45,731 nt of DNA, from the NCBI GenBank assembly GCA_036493195.1, contig DASXQD010000280.1, forward strand, positions 1 to 45,731. Reading direction: 5' to 3'. The notes beneath the pieces were generated by a model, which had not been told where the DNA came from, did not search any database, and saw only the letters and a program-made list of their open reading frames with translations. This DNA comes from Gemmatimonadaceae bacterium. Its GTDB lineage: Bacteria; Gemmatimonadota; Gemmatimonadetes; Gemmatimonadales; Gemmatimonadaceae. Below, piece after piece: positions 29,909-38,577 of this stretch. Every line of letters starts with the position of its first letter. The first letter of the stretch is position 1. The translations under genes were made by a program, and so were the position numbers.

Positions 29909-30985
29909 TCATTCACCACCGTGATAGCGGCGCGGGAGGCGGGCATTGAGTCCCGTAAGAATTTCATATGGGCTCGCATTCGCGAGCTCCGCCAACTCCG
30001 CCACGTCGATCCGCTCCGCGCCATCGCGACCGAGCAGGGTCGCCACGTCTCCGACGCGCGCATCGATTCCCGTGACATCGAGCATCGTCATGTCCATCGT
30101 GACGATCCCCGCCACGCTCACCCTGCGTCCGGAGACGAGCGCCTGGGCGCGATTGCCCAACGCGCGCCGGTAGCCATCGGCATAGCCAACCGGCAACGTG
30201 GCAATCCTGGTCTCGCGCTCCGCGCGGAACGTGGCATCGTAGCTCACGCTTTCGCCTGCACGCAGCGTTCGGAGCTCCACAATGCCCGCTCGCATCGCCA
30301 CCACGGGCTCAGGCTGCACTACGGGTGGCGGGCCAACTGGCACACCATAAAGAAAGACTCCCGGTCGTCCGATCTGCCAGCGCGATCGCTCGCCCCGCGC
30401 CATCGCGCCCGAGTTCTCCGCATGGAGCACCAGTGGTCGCGCGGGCAACCTCTCGAGCGCTCGTTCGAAGCGAGCCTCTTGCTCCGCGATCGATCCATCA
30501 TCCAGGGTGGCCGAGTGAAAGTGCGTGAACGCCCCTTCCGGCGGATGCGCGCGAATCAGGGTGGCGAGCGAGTCCACCTCGTTCCACGGAACGCCTGATC
30601 GCGACATCCCAGTGTCGATCGAGAGATGCCACGCTCCGCCACCGATGCTCGTCCAGCGCGCGATCGACGGCGCGGATGCGAGCGCCGGAGTGAGCTTCGT
30701 GTCGCGCACGGCGGCCAACTCCTCAGTGTCCACCGAAGTGAACAGAATAATCGGCCGCGAGATGCCCGCCTCGCGAAGCTCTCGTCCCTCCTCTATCGTG
30801 GCGACACCGTATCCCCACGGCGCGAGCTGCTCGAGCGCTCGCGCCACGCGCACCGCGCCCATGCCGTACGCATCCGCTTTCACCATCGGAAGGATGTTCG
30901 CTGCGCGCGCCGCCATCTCGCGCGCGTTGCGCACGATCGCGTCCAGATCGATCTCGAGCCAGCCTCGACTCAACTGCTTCGGCAT
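29909..30985 (-). CDS. alr: Alanine racemase
   Basis: 358 aa from the ATG at 30985. WLEIDLDAIVRN, PMVKADAYGMG (PLP Lys), C-terminal YEILT motif. The longer 408-aa ORF would run across the divergent mazG start. Confidence 0.92.
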   Translation of the reverse strand: MPKQLSRGWLEIDLDAIVRNAREMAARAANILPMVKADAYGMGAVRVARALEQLAPWGYGVATIEEGRELREAGISRPIILFTSVDTEELAAVRDTKLTPALASAPSIARWTSIGGGAWHLSIDTGMSRSGVPWNEVDSLATLIRAHPPEGAFTHFHSATLDDGSIAEQEARFERALERLPARPLVLHAENSGAMARGERSRWQIGRPGVFLYGVPVGPPPVVQPEPVVAMRAGIVELRTLRAGESVSYDATFRAERETRIATLPVGYADGYRRALGNRAQALVSGRRVSVAGIVTMDMTMLDVTGIDARVGDVATLLGRDGAERIDVAELAELANASPYEILTGLNARLPRRYHGGE

Positions 30986-31029
30986 TGCCGCGCGCGCGCG
31001 AGGAGGAATAGCTTTCGCGCCCCGGAGGA

Positions 31030-31803
31030 ATGATGGCCGACAAACCAACGCTCGATGATGCGCTCGCCTTGATGCGCGACCTGCGCGCGCGCTGCGACTG
31101 GGATCGCGCGCAGACGCACGAATCGCTTCGCCCATACCTGATAGAAGAAGCGCACGAGCTGGACGACGCGCTGCGGCGCGGCGATCGCGCCGGCATGCGC
31201 GAGGAGCTCGGCGACGTTCTCCTCCAGGTGCTCTTCCATTCGGTGATCGCCGAGGAGCAGGGCGCGTTCGATGTGAACGATGTGGCGGGCTCCCTCATCA
31301 CGAAAATGCGCGAGCGGCATCCACATCTGTACGAAGGCGGCGAGCGGCGCGACTGGGAAGCGATGAAGGCGTCGAAGCGCGAGTCGATCGCGGACGGTCT
31401 TCCCGCTGCCCTGCCAACGCTGCATCGCGCCTACCGGCTGCAGGAGCGCGCCGCGGGCGTGGGTTTCGACTGGGATGACACGGAAGGTCCCGCGCGCAAG
31501 GTGGAGGAGGAGCTGGCCGAGGTGCGCGGAGAGCTCGCGCAACAAGACACGGTTGCACCGGCCGGTGCGGCGCGCGCGCAGTCGCATCTCGAGGACGAGT
31601 TGGGCGACCTGCTCTTCGCCGTTATCAATCTCTGCCGCCGCGCGGGCGTTCATCCGGCGCTCGCGCTCGACCGCGCCACCGACAAGTTCGCGCGGCGCTT
31701 CGAGGCCGTCGAAGCGCTCGCCCGCCGGCGCGGCATGGCGATTGGAGACGCGGGGATCGCGGCGCTCGACGCGCTCTGGAACGAGGTCAAGCTCGCCGAG
31801 TGA
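31030..31803 (+). CDS. mazG: Nucleoside triphosphate pyrophosphohydrolase MazG
   Basis: 257 aa. Two MazG domains (CDWDRAQTHESLRPYLIEEAHEL..A; EELGDLLFAVINLCRR). GGAGGA immediately upstream of the tandem ATG ATG. Confidence 0.9.
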   Translation: MMADKPTLDDALALMRDLRARCDWDRAQTHESLRPYLIEEAHELDDALRRGDRAGMREELGDVLLQVLFHSVIAEEQGAFDVNDVAGSLITKMRERHPHLYEGGERRDWEAMKASKRESIADGLPAALPTLHRAYRLQERAAGVGFDWDDTEGPARKVEEELAEVRGELAQQDTVAPAGAARAQSHLEDELGDLLFAVINLCRRAGVHPALALDRATDKFARRFEAVEALARRRGMAIGDAGIAALDALWNEVKLAE

Positions 31804-31825
31804 TGCGCTCGCGCGCGCGCGATGC

Positions 31826-33127
31826 TCAGGGCCGGAGCCGGTGCATCATGCGCGGGAACGCGATCGCCTCGCGCAGGTGCGGTAGCCCGCAGATCCACGC
31901 GATCGTGCGCTCGAGGCCGATGCCGAATCCCGAGTGAACGAAGGTGCCGTAGCGTCGCAGATCCAGATACCACTCGTACGCCGCGGGATCGAGCCCTTCC
32001 TCCACGATGCGCGCGAGCAGCTTGTCGTAGTCGTCCTCGCGCTGGCTGCCGCCGATCATCTCGCCGTACCCCTCGGGCGCGAGCAGATCGTCGCAGAGCA
32101 CCGTGCGCGGATCGTCGGGATTCTCCTTCATGTAGAAGGCTTTCGCCTCCTTGGGGTAGTTCATCACGAACACCGGACGATCGTAGTCCGCCACGATCAG
32201 CGATTCATCTTCGGCACCGAGATCCTCTCCCCACCTGGTCGTGCTGCCCTTGCGATGCAGCAGCTCGATGGCCTCTCCGTACTCGAGCCGGTGAAATGGC
32301 GTCTTGATCGCCTCGAGCTTCGAGAGGTCGCGCTCGAGCTCCACCAGCTGCGCCGGGCACTTGTCGAGGGCGCGCTGCACGAGATGGCAGACGAGATCCT
32401 CCTGCAGCACCATGTTGTCGTTCGAGTCGTTCCACGCGACCTCCGGCTCGATCATCCAGAACTCGGTGAGATGCCGCCGCGTCTTCGACTTTTCGGCGCG
32501 GAAGGTCGGGCCGAAGGTGTAAATCTTTCCCCACGCGGCGGCGGCCGCCTCACCGTAGAGCTGCCCTGTCTGGGCGAGGAAGGCATTCCCCTCATCGAAG
32601 TACTCGGTGGAAAAAAGTCCCGAGCGCTCCCCGATCGCGGCAGTGAGGATCGGCGTGTCGACGCGAAGAAATCCACGCGCATAAAAGAAGTCGTGGATCG
32701 CCTGCTCGAGCTCACTGCGCACCGTCGCGATCGCGCGCTGGCGCGGGGAGCGCAGCCACAGGTGACGATGGTCGAGCAGGAAGTCGATCCCGTGCTCCTT
32801 GGGCTGGATCGGATAGCTCAGCGGGCTCGCGCCGACGATCGCGAGATCGCTGACTCCGAGCTCGTAGCCGCCGGGTGCGCGTGCGTCCGCGCGCACCTCG
32901 CCCGTGACGGCGACCGAGGTCTCGAGCGTGAGCTGTGCGAAACCGTCCCACACCTGTAGCGGCACCGCGGACTTGACCAGCACGCACTGCAGGAGCCCGG
33001 TGCCGTCACGAAGCACCAGGAACGCCACCTTCCCCGATGAGCGGATGGTGGTGACCCATCCCCGAACGGTGACGATACGACCGACTTCGCTGCTCAACCC
33101 GCTAATGCGCGTAGATGCCAATGTCAT
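31826..33127 (-). CDS. asnS: Asparagine--tRNA ligase
   Basis: OB-fold N-terminus (VTVRGWV..IR..GKVAFLVLRDGTG.LQCV), class II motifs FRAEKSKTRRHLTEFWMIEPE and GFGIGLER. The ATG at 33127 is preferred over the TTG at 33160. Confidence 0.93.
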   Translation of the reverse strand: MTLASTRISGLSSEVGRIVTVRGWVTTIRSSGKVAFLVLRDGTGLLQCVLVKSAVPLQVWDGFAQLTLETSVAVTGEVRADARAPGGYELGVSDLAIVGASPLSYPIQPKEHGIDFLLDHRHLWLRSPRQRAIATVRSELEQAIHDFFYARGFLRVDTPILTAAIGERSGLFSTEYFDEGNAFLAQTGQLYGEAAAAAWGKIYTFGPTFRAEKSKTRRHLTEFWMIEPEVAWNDSNDNMVLQEDLVCHLVQRALDKCPAQLVELERDLSKLEAIKTPFHRLEYGEAIELLHRKGSTTRWGEDLGAEDESLIVADYDRPVFVMNYPKEAKAFYMKENPDDPRTVLCDDLLAPEGYGEMIGGSQREDDYDKLLARIVEEGLDPAAYEWYLDLRRYGTFVHSGFGIGLERTIAWICGLPHLREAIAFPRMMHRLRP

Positions 33128-33471
33128 TGATTTGGCGGAGGTTACGTTTGGGGAGCGCAAGCTATCGCGTCGCGGATACGAGTGTCAACGTTCTCATACG
33201 ACCAAATGACCGCGGCTCCGGAACAAAATTGGGAGGTTGCGGCTAGAGCTACGCATGGCCGATTTTGTTTCCTGGATCGGATGGCCAGTCATTTGCGTTT
33301 GCCGGTGCCGGCAGCACTTTGCGCGGACAGTGGCGAGGCTGCACTAATGGAGCACATGAACGGTTCGCAGGTCGACCTCACACCTCCGCGTCGATTCACG
33401 GAGGCGCGCCCCACAGGTGCGCGCCGTTCGTGCATCGTGCCGCGCGCGAGCGAGCCATCGGTGCGTGAGTC

Positions 33472-34968
33472 ATGACGATCCGATCGAAGCTCGCGCTCGG
33501 CCTGTTCGCGAACCTTCTCATCCTGCTCGCGCCGCTGGCGTTCGCGATGCGGTCGCTCGAGCAGCTGCATTACTCCACGCAGCAGCTGCGCGATCACGCT
33601 TTCCGCGCATCGCTGCTCGTGGGGCGGATGCGCGCCACCGCCGATGAGCTCCGGCAAAGCGAGGAGCGTTTGCTCTTCGTGCACGACAGCGCGGCGCTTG
33701 GACACGTGAGCGAACAGCTCACGCTCATGCGCGCGATGAACGACTCCTTGCAGGGTTTCGATCTGGAGAAGGCGCGCACGCGCATCGACTCGCAGATTCA
33801 GAACCTGATGCGCATCGCGCCGGTGGAGATGGCGCATGCCGCGAAGAGCCCGGCGATCGCGGATACGATCTCGACGCGCCAGTATCTGCCGGCCGAGCGC
33901 GAGATCGAGTCCGCGCTGCGAGACGCGGAGCTCGTCCTCGCGCAGCGCACGACGGCGCTCGTCAACAGCGCGACGGAGCTCGTCGACAACACGACCGAGA
34001 TCTCGGGCATCGGGCTCTTGGTTGCGGCGACTGTGGCATTCCTCGTGTCGATCGCGCTGTGGCGCACGGTCAGCAAGCCCGTGCAGGATCTCGAGGCGGG
34101 GATGGAGGCCGTTGCCGCGGGACAGTTCGACTATCGGCTGTCCGTATCGCCCACACGCAACGACGAGTTCGGACGCCTCGCGGCGAGCTATAAATCGATG
34201 GCTGCGCAGCTCGCGCAGCTCGATCGATTGAAGGCGGAGTTCGTCTCCGTCGCGTCGCACGAGCTCAAGACGCCGATCAACGTGATCCTCGGCTATCTCC
34301 AACTGCTCAACGAGGGCGTCTACGGCTCGATCTCGGCCAAGCAGGGAGAAATTCTGCGCACGGTGGATGCGCAAACGCGGTCGCTGTCCCGGCTCGTGCA
34401 TCAGCTGCTCGACATCAGCCGCTTCGAGGCCGGCGGCGGCAAGCTCGATCTTCGCCCCACGGATCTCGGCCACTTTCTCAGCGATCTCGAAAGCACGTTC
34501 GAGGTGCTCTCGATGCAGCGCGGAATCCATTTCCGCGTGGTGCGTACGGGCCCGCTACCGACGGAGGTCGTGTGGGATCCGGACCGCATCAACGAGGTGC
34601 TCGGGAATCTGCTGTCGAATGCGTTCAAGTTCACGCGGAAGGACGGCACCGTGGAGCTGGACGTTCAGGCCGACGGCGGCCAGATCCGCGTGACCGTGAG
34701 CGACACGGGCGCCGGCATCCCGCCCGAGCAGCTTCCGCACATTTTCCGTAAGTTCTTCCAGGCGGACAACCAGCACTCGGCCGCGCACGATGGAACGGGA
34801 CTCGGACTCGCGATCGCGAAACAGATCGTGGATGCGCACGGAGGCAAGCTGACGGTGGAAAGTCGAGTGGGTGAAGGCACGAAGTTCAGCATCACGCTTC
34901 CGGTACGCACGGGTCCGCGTCCGCGGAGACGGTCAGCGGGCACGAAGGCCGTGGACGCCAGCGCGTGA
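33472..34968 (+). CDS. Sensor histidine kinase (2 TM, periplasmic helical domain, HAMP, HisKA, HATPase_c)
   Basis: 498 aa. TM1 LALGLFANLLILLAPLAFA, TM2 IGLLVAATVAFLVSIALW, HAMP, H-box SVASHELKTPINV, N/G boxes LSNAFKFT, DTGAGIP, GTGLGLAIAK. Confidence 0.9.
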   Translation: MTIRSKLALGLFANLLILLAPLAFAMRSLEQLHYSTQQLRDHAFRASLLVGRMRATADELRQSEERLLFVHDSAALGHVSEQLTLMRAMNDSLQGFDLEKARTRIDSQIQNLMRIAPVEMAHAAKSPAIADTISTRQYLPAEREIESALRDAELVLAQRTTALVNSATELVDNTTEISGIGLLVAATVAFLVSIALWRTVSKPVQDLEAGMEAVAAGQFDYRLSVSPTRNDEFGRLAASYKSMAAQLAQLDRLKAEFVSVASHELKTPINVILGYLQLLNEGVYGSISAKQGEILRTVDAQTRSLSRLVHQLLDISRFEAGGGKLDLRPTDLGHFLSDLESTFEVLSMQRGIHFRVVRTGPLPTEVVWDPDRINEVLGNLLSNAFKFTRKDGTVELDVQADGGQIRVTVSDTGAGIPPEQLPHIFRKFFQADNQHSAAHDGTGLGLAIAKQIVDAHGGKLTVESRVGEGTKFSITLPVRTGPRPRRRSAGTKAVDASA

Positions 34969-35519
34969 GGATTGGACGACTTCTGTTGGTGGGTGCGGCG
35001 GTGGCGATCGGATGCACGCATCCGCAGGCGCGCACGCCCGCACCGGACCCCACCGGGTGGCGCACGACGCTCGACTCGGCGAAGGGCCTCGTAGCTGACT
35101 CTCAGTACGCAGGCGCGGACTCCTTGCTGGCGACGTTCGCGAACGGAGCACCGAATACCCCCGAGGCGAACGAGGCGACGTTCTGGCGCGGCGTCTTTCT
35201 TCTCGCCCCGCAGCACACGGACAGCACCGTCCATGGCGCGGCCCAGGCGTTCGATGAGTATCTCGGCTCGGGCGCCACCGCGCATCGCATGGAGGCAATC
35301 GCCCTGCAGCGCACGACGCACGTGATCGACTCGCTCACGAAGGTGCGGACGCTCGACAGCCTGCCGGCGGTGCACCTCGTCGTCTCCGACGACTCGACCA
35401 AGCAGAGCGCACGTGAGCAGGAGATGGCGAAAACGGTGAAGCAGCTGCAGGACTCGCTCAACAAGACGACCGCGGAGCTGGAGCGCATCAAGAAGCGACT
35501 CTCGACGGGCAAACCGTAG
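34965..35519 (+). CDS. Hypothetical lipoprotein with C-terminal coiled-coil-like segment
   Basis: 184 aa. GTG start in a GTGA overlap with the kinase stop. Lipobox VAIGC. Helical, TPR-like middle part. C-terminus KQLQDSLNKTTAELERIKKRL. Confidence 0.6.
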   Translation: MRIGRLLLVGAAVAIGCTHPQARTPAPDPTGWRTTLDSAKGLVADSQYAGADSLLATFANGAPNTPEANEATFWRGVFLLAPQHTDSTVHGAAQAFDEYLGSGATAHRMEAIALQRTTHVIDSLTKVRTLDSLPAVHLVVSDDSTKQSAREQEMAKTVKQLQDSLNKTTAELERIKKRLSTGKP

Positions 35520-35523
35520 CGCG

Positions 35524-37611
35524 TCAGCCCACGCGAAAGAGCGCCAGCGCCCTCGGATATCGCTCGGCGAGCGCCGTGCGCACCGCGGCGTGCTCGCGCT
35601 TCTCCAGCGCCGGATCGCCTCGCAGGAGCTCCTCCGCACTCTCCATCGCCAGCAGATTGAGCGACTCGTCGCGAATGGGATCGGCGTAGCGGAAGGTCTT
35701 CTCGCCGCTCTGCTGCGCCCCGAAGAGATCGCCCATGCCGCGCAGGCGCAGGTCCGCGCGCGCGATCTCGAACCCATCATCCGTGCCCGCGAAGAGCTGG
35801 AGCCGCTCATGCGCCTCGGGGCTCACGTCACCGAGCAGGATGCAGTAGCTCTCCTCGGCGCCGCGGCCTACGCGGCCGCGAAGCTGATGCAGCTGGGAGA
35901 GTCCGAATCGCTCGGGATGCTCGACGAGCATCACCGTCGCATTGGCGACATCGATGCCGACCTCGATGATCGTGGTGGCGACGAGAACGTCGATCTCGCC
36001 ATCGCGAAAGCGGCGCATGATCTGGTCGCGCTCGTCGCCCGGGATGCGGCCATGGAGCAGCGCCATGCGGCGATGAGCGAAGGCGCCGGCGGAGAGCGAT
36101 GCGAACATCGCGGTCGCCCCCTTGAGATCTGTCTTCTCCGATTCCTCGATCACGGGATACACGACGTACGCCTGCCGCCCCTTCGCCACCTCTCGATCGA
36201 TGAAGGTGAGCACGCGCTCGCGTGCCGATCCCGGGCGCAGCGCCGTGGTAACGGGCTGCCGGCCCGGCGGTCGTTCGTCGAGCACGCTGACATCGAGATC
36301 GCCATACAGCGTGAGGGCGAGCGAGCGAGGAATGGGCGTCGCGCTCAGGAGCAGCACGTCGGGGCGCGTGCCCTTGGCGCCGAGCGCGGCGCGCTGCTCG
36401 ACGCCGAAGCGATGCTGCTCGTCGATCACCGCGAGACCGAGCTTCGCGAATGTCGTGTCGCTCTGCACGAGCGCGTGCGTACCGATGACGACGAGCGGCT
36501 CGCCCGATTCCATGCGCACGGCCGCTGCCCGACGTTCCGCCGCGGATGCGCTTCCGGTAAGGAGGAGCGACGGCACGCCCAGCGGCGCGAGCATCCGCTC
36601 GAAGGTGCGGGCGTGCTGCTCGGCCAGCAGCTCCGTGGGCGCCATGAGGGCCGCCTGATATCCGTTCTCCACTGCGAGCAACATCGCGAAGAGAGCCACG
36701 ATCGTCTTCCCGCTGCCGACGTCGCCCTGGAGCAGCCGGTGCATGCGGCGATCGCTCACCATGTCTTTCACGATCTCGCGCGTAACGTGGACCTGCGCGT
36801 TCGTCAGCTCGTAGGGCAGCGCAGCCTTGAGCCGTGACGTGAGGTCGCGCTTGTTCGTGAAGCTGATGCCCTCCCGCATCTCGCGAGCGAGATCGCGTGC
36901 ACGGCGGTGCAGAATGTGAACGAAGAACAGCTCCTCGAAGGCGAGTCGGGACATGCCGCGCATCGCTTCCGCAATCGAGCGCGGGCGATGCACGAGTCGC
37001 AGCGCTTCCGGCAGCGGCGGTACGCCCGCGCGTTCCAGCGTTCTCGCCGGGAGATACTCGGTGACGAGGGGCAGGAGCACGTCGAGCTGGGAGTCGATGA
37101 GCGAGCGAATGACCTTGAAGGACAGCCCCTCCGTTGCCGGATACACGGAGAGCACGCGACCCTGCGTCATTCCCTCGGCGTCAGGTCCCAGGTTCACCAT
37201 CTCGCGCGGCTGGAGCTGGCGACCGTGAAAGAATCGCACGGCGCCGGTGAGCAGGAGCTTGTCCTCCTTCTTGATCACGCGATCGAGAAAGGGCTGGCCG
37301 GGCCACGAGACTTCGATCATTGCGCTGTCGTCGCGAATCACCGCCTGGAAGATGCGCAGCCCTTTGCGCGTCGGGATCACACCCTTCGAGATGACCGTGC
37401 CGAGCACCGTCACGTTCATTCCGGGCTCGGCGCTCGAGATCGGAGAGATCGTGCTCGCGTCCTCGTAGCGATGCGGCACGTGGAAGAGCAGATCGCGCGC
37501 GACGACGATGCCGAGTTTTCTGAGGAGCTCCGCGCGATACGGACCGACGCCCTTGAGATAGACGACGCCGGTATTGAGTCCGATCGCGGGGCCCGCCGCG
37601 CGCGTGCTCAC
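35524..37611 (-). CDS. recG: ATP-dependent DNA helicase RecG
   Basis: 695 aa. Wedge domain, TNAQ, helicase motifs LQGDVGSGKT, DEQHRFG, SATPIPR, QLHQLRGRVGRG. GTG start in a GTGA overlap with ftsY. Confidence 0.95.
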   Translation of the reverse strand: MSTRAAGPAIGLNTGVVYLKGVGPYRAELLRKLGIVVARDLLFHVPHRYEDASTISPISSAEPGMNVTVLGTVISKGVIPTRKGLRIFQAVIRDDSAMIEVSWPGQPFLDRVIKKEDKLLLTGAVRFFHGRQLQPREMVNLGPDAEGMTQGRVLSVYPATEGLSFKVIRSLIDSQLDVLLPLVTEYLPARTLERAGVPPLPEALRLVHRPRSIAEAMRGMSRLAFEELFFVHILHRRARDLAREMREGISFTNKRDLTSRLKAALPYELTNAQVHVTREIVKDMVSDRRMHRLLQGDVGSGKTIVALFAMLLAVENGYQAALMAPTELLAEQHARTFERMLAPLGVPSLLLTGSASAAERRAAAVRMESGEPLVVIGTHALVQSDTTFAKLGLAVIDEQHRFGVEQRAALGAKGTRPDVLLLSATPIPRSLALTLYGDLDVSVLDERPPGRQPVTTALRPGSARERVLTFIDREVAKGRQAYVVYPVIEESEKTDLKGATAMFASLSAGAFAHRRMALLHGRIPGDERDQIMRRFRDGEIDVLVATTIIEVGIDVANATVMLVEHPERFGLSQLHQLRGRVGRGAEESYCILLGDVSPEAHERLQLFAGTDDGFEIARADLRLRGMGDLFGAQQSGEKTFRYADPIRDESLNLLAMESAEELLRGDPALEKREHAAVRTALAERYPRALALFRVG

Positions 37612-38540
37612 TCCGTTTCCAGCAGCTCCGCCGCGAAGGTCGCGGGGTCGAACGGCTCGAGATCGTCGGCCTGTTCGCCCACGCCCACGAACTTCACGGG
37701 TACGTCGAGCGCCTCGTGCACGGCGACGACGATGCCGCCTCGCGCGGTGCCATCGAGCTTCGTGATCACCAGCCCGGTGAGCGGCACCGCAGCGCTGAAC
37801 GCGCGCGCCTGCGCCACGGCGTTCTGGCCGATGGTGCCGTCCAGCACCAGCAGTGTCTCTTGCGGAGAGCCGGGAATTCGCTTCGCGATCACTTTCCCCA
37901 CTTTCTGGAGCTCCGTCATCAGACCGTCCTGCGTGTGCAGGCGGCCGGCGGTATCGATGATGACGACATCCACGTTGCGCGCGATCGCGGCGTCGATCGC
38001 CGAGAAGGCGACGGATGCCGGGTCCGCGCCCGCGGTGCTGCCGACGAACTGCGCGCCGGCGCGCGCCGCCCAGACGCGGAGCTGGTCGATCGCGCCGGCG
38101 CGATAGGTGTCGCCCGCCGCGACCATCACGCTCTTCTGCTCTCGTGCGAGCCGCGTGGCGAGCTTGCCGATGAACGTCGTCTTCCCTGCTCCGTTCACGC
38201 CCACCACGAGTATCACCGTGGGCCCGCTCGTCGCGAAGGTGAGCGACGGATCACTCGTTCCGGCGCGCAGTGCCTTCTCCACGCCATCCCGCAGCGCGTT
38301 GTGGAACTCGCCCTCGGTCTTCACCCGTCCTTTCTTCGCCTGGCCCTCGATGTCGGCCACCAGTCGAAGCGTCACGGGCACGCCGAAGTCCGCCTCGAGC
38401 AGCAGCTCCTCGATCTGGTCCAGCGAGCCCAGGCCGACGCCGCGCACCGCCACGCTCAGGTCCATCAGCGCGGCGTCCTTGATCTTCTGCCAGAGCGAGC
38501 GCTTGGCCACATCGCCCTCGCGCCGAAGAATCCTCACCAT
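37608..38540 (-). CDS. ftsY: Signal recognition particle receptor FtsY
   Basis: 310 aa from the ATG at 38540. NG domain with GVNGAGKTTFIGKLA, DTAGRLH, TKLDGTARGG. The longer 380-aa ORF adds a Cys/Arg-rich non-protein-like N-terminus. Confidence 0.93.
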   Translation of the reverse strand: MVRILRREGDVAKRSLWQKIKDAALMDLSVAVRGVGLGSLDQIEELLLEADFGVPVTLRLVADIEGQAKKGRVKTEGEFHNALRDGVEKALRAGTSDPSLTFATSGPTVILVVGVNGAGKTTFIGKLATRLAREQKSVMVAAGDTYRAGAIDQLRVWAARAGAQFVGSTAGADPASVAFSAIDAAIARNVDVVIIDTAGRLHTQDGLMTELQKVGKVIAKRIPGSPQETLLVLDGTIGQNAVAQARAFSAAVPLTGLVITKLDGTARGGIVVAVHEALDVPVKFVGVGEQADDLEPFDPATFAAELLETE

Positions 38541-38577
38541 TCTCTCTCCCAGCGCCGGGGCTCGCGCCCACGCCGCG

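Noticed and set aside
29742-29912. A 57-codon N-terminal extension of cdd, starting at an ATG that overlaps the alr stop (ATGA)
   Set aside because: Third-position GC is only about 47% by hand count (27 of 57), compared with much higher values in neighbouring coding sequence. The peptide (MSGQWWAPVRHPSTF...) has no protein-like features. The tetrameric Cdd family is about 130-136 aa. The region is kept as a structured-spacer finding instead.
31804-31825. A GC-alternating near-palindrome between convergent mazG and asnS, considered as a bidirectional terminator
   Set aside because: The gap is only 22 nt, the symmetry is imperfect (gcgctcgcgcgcgcgcgatgc), and there are no flanking T/A tracts. 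This is not enough to call a terminator.
33182-33475. A small plus-strand ORF (97 aa, or 64 aa from the internal ATG at 33283) ending in an ATGA overlap with the histidine kinase start
   Set aside because: GC3 is about two thirds by hand count, which is intermediate and well below the genes around it. There is no motif, signal peptide or TM. It runs through the hairpins of the intergenic region. It could still be a regulatory uORF, so it is mentioned under the intergenic finding.
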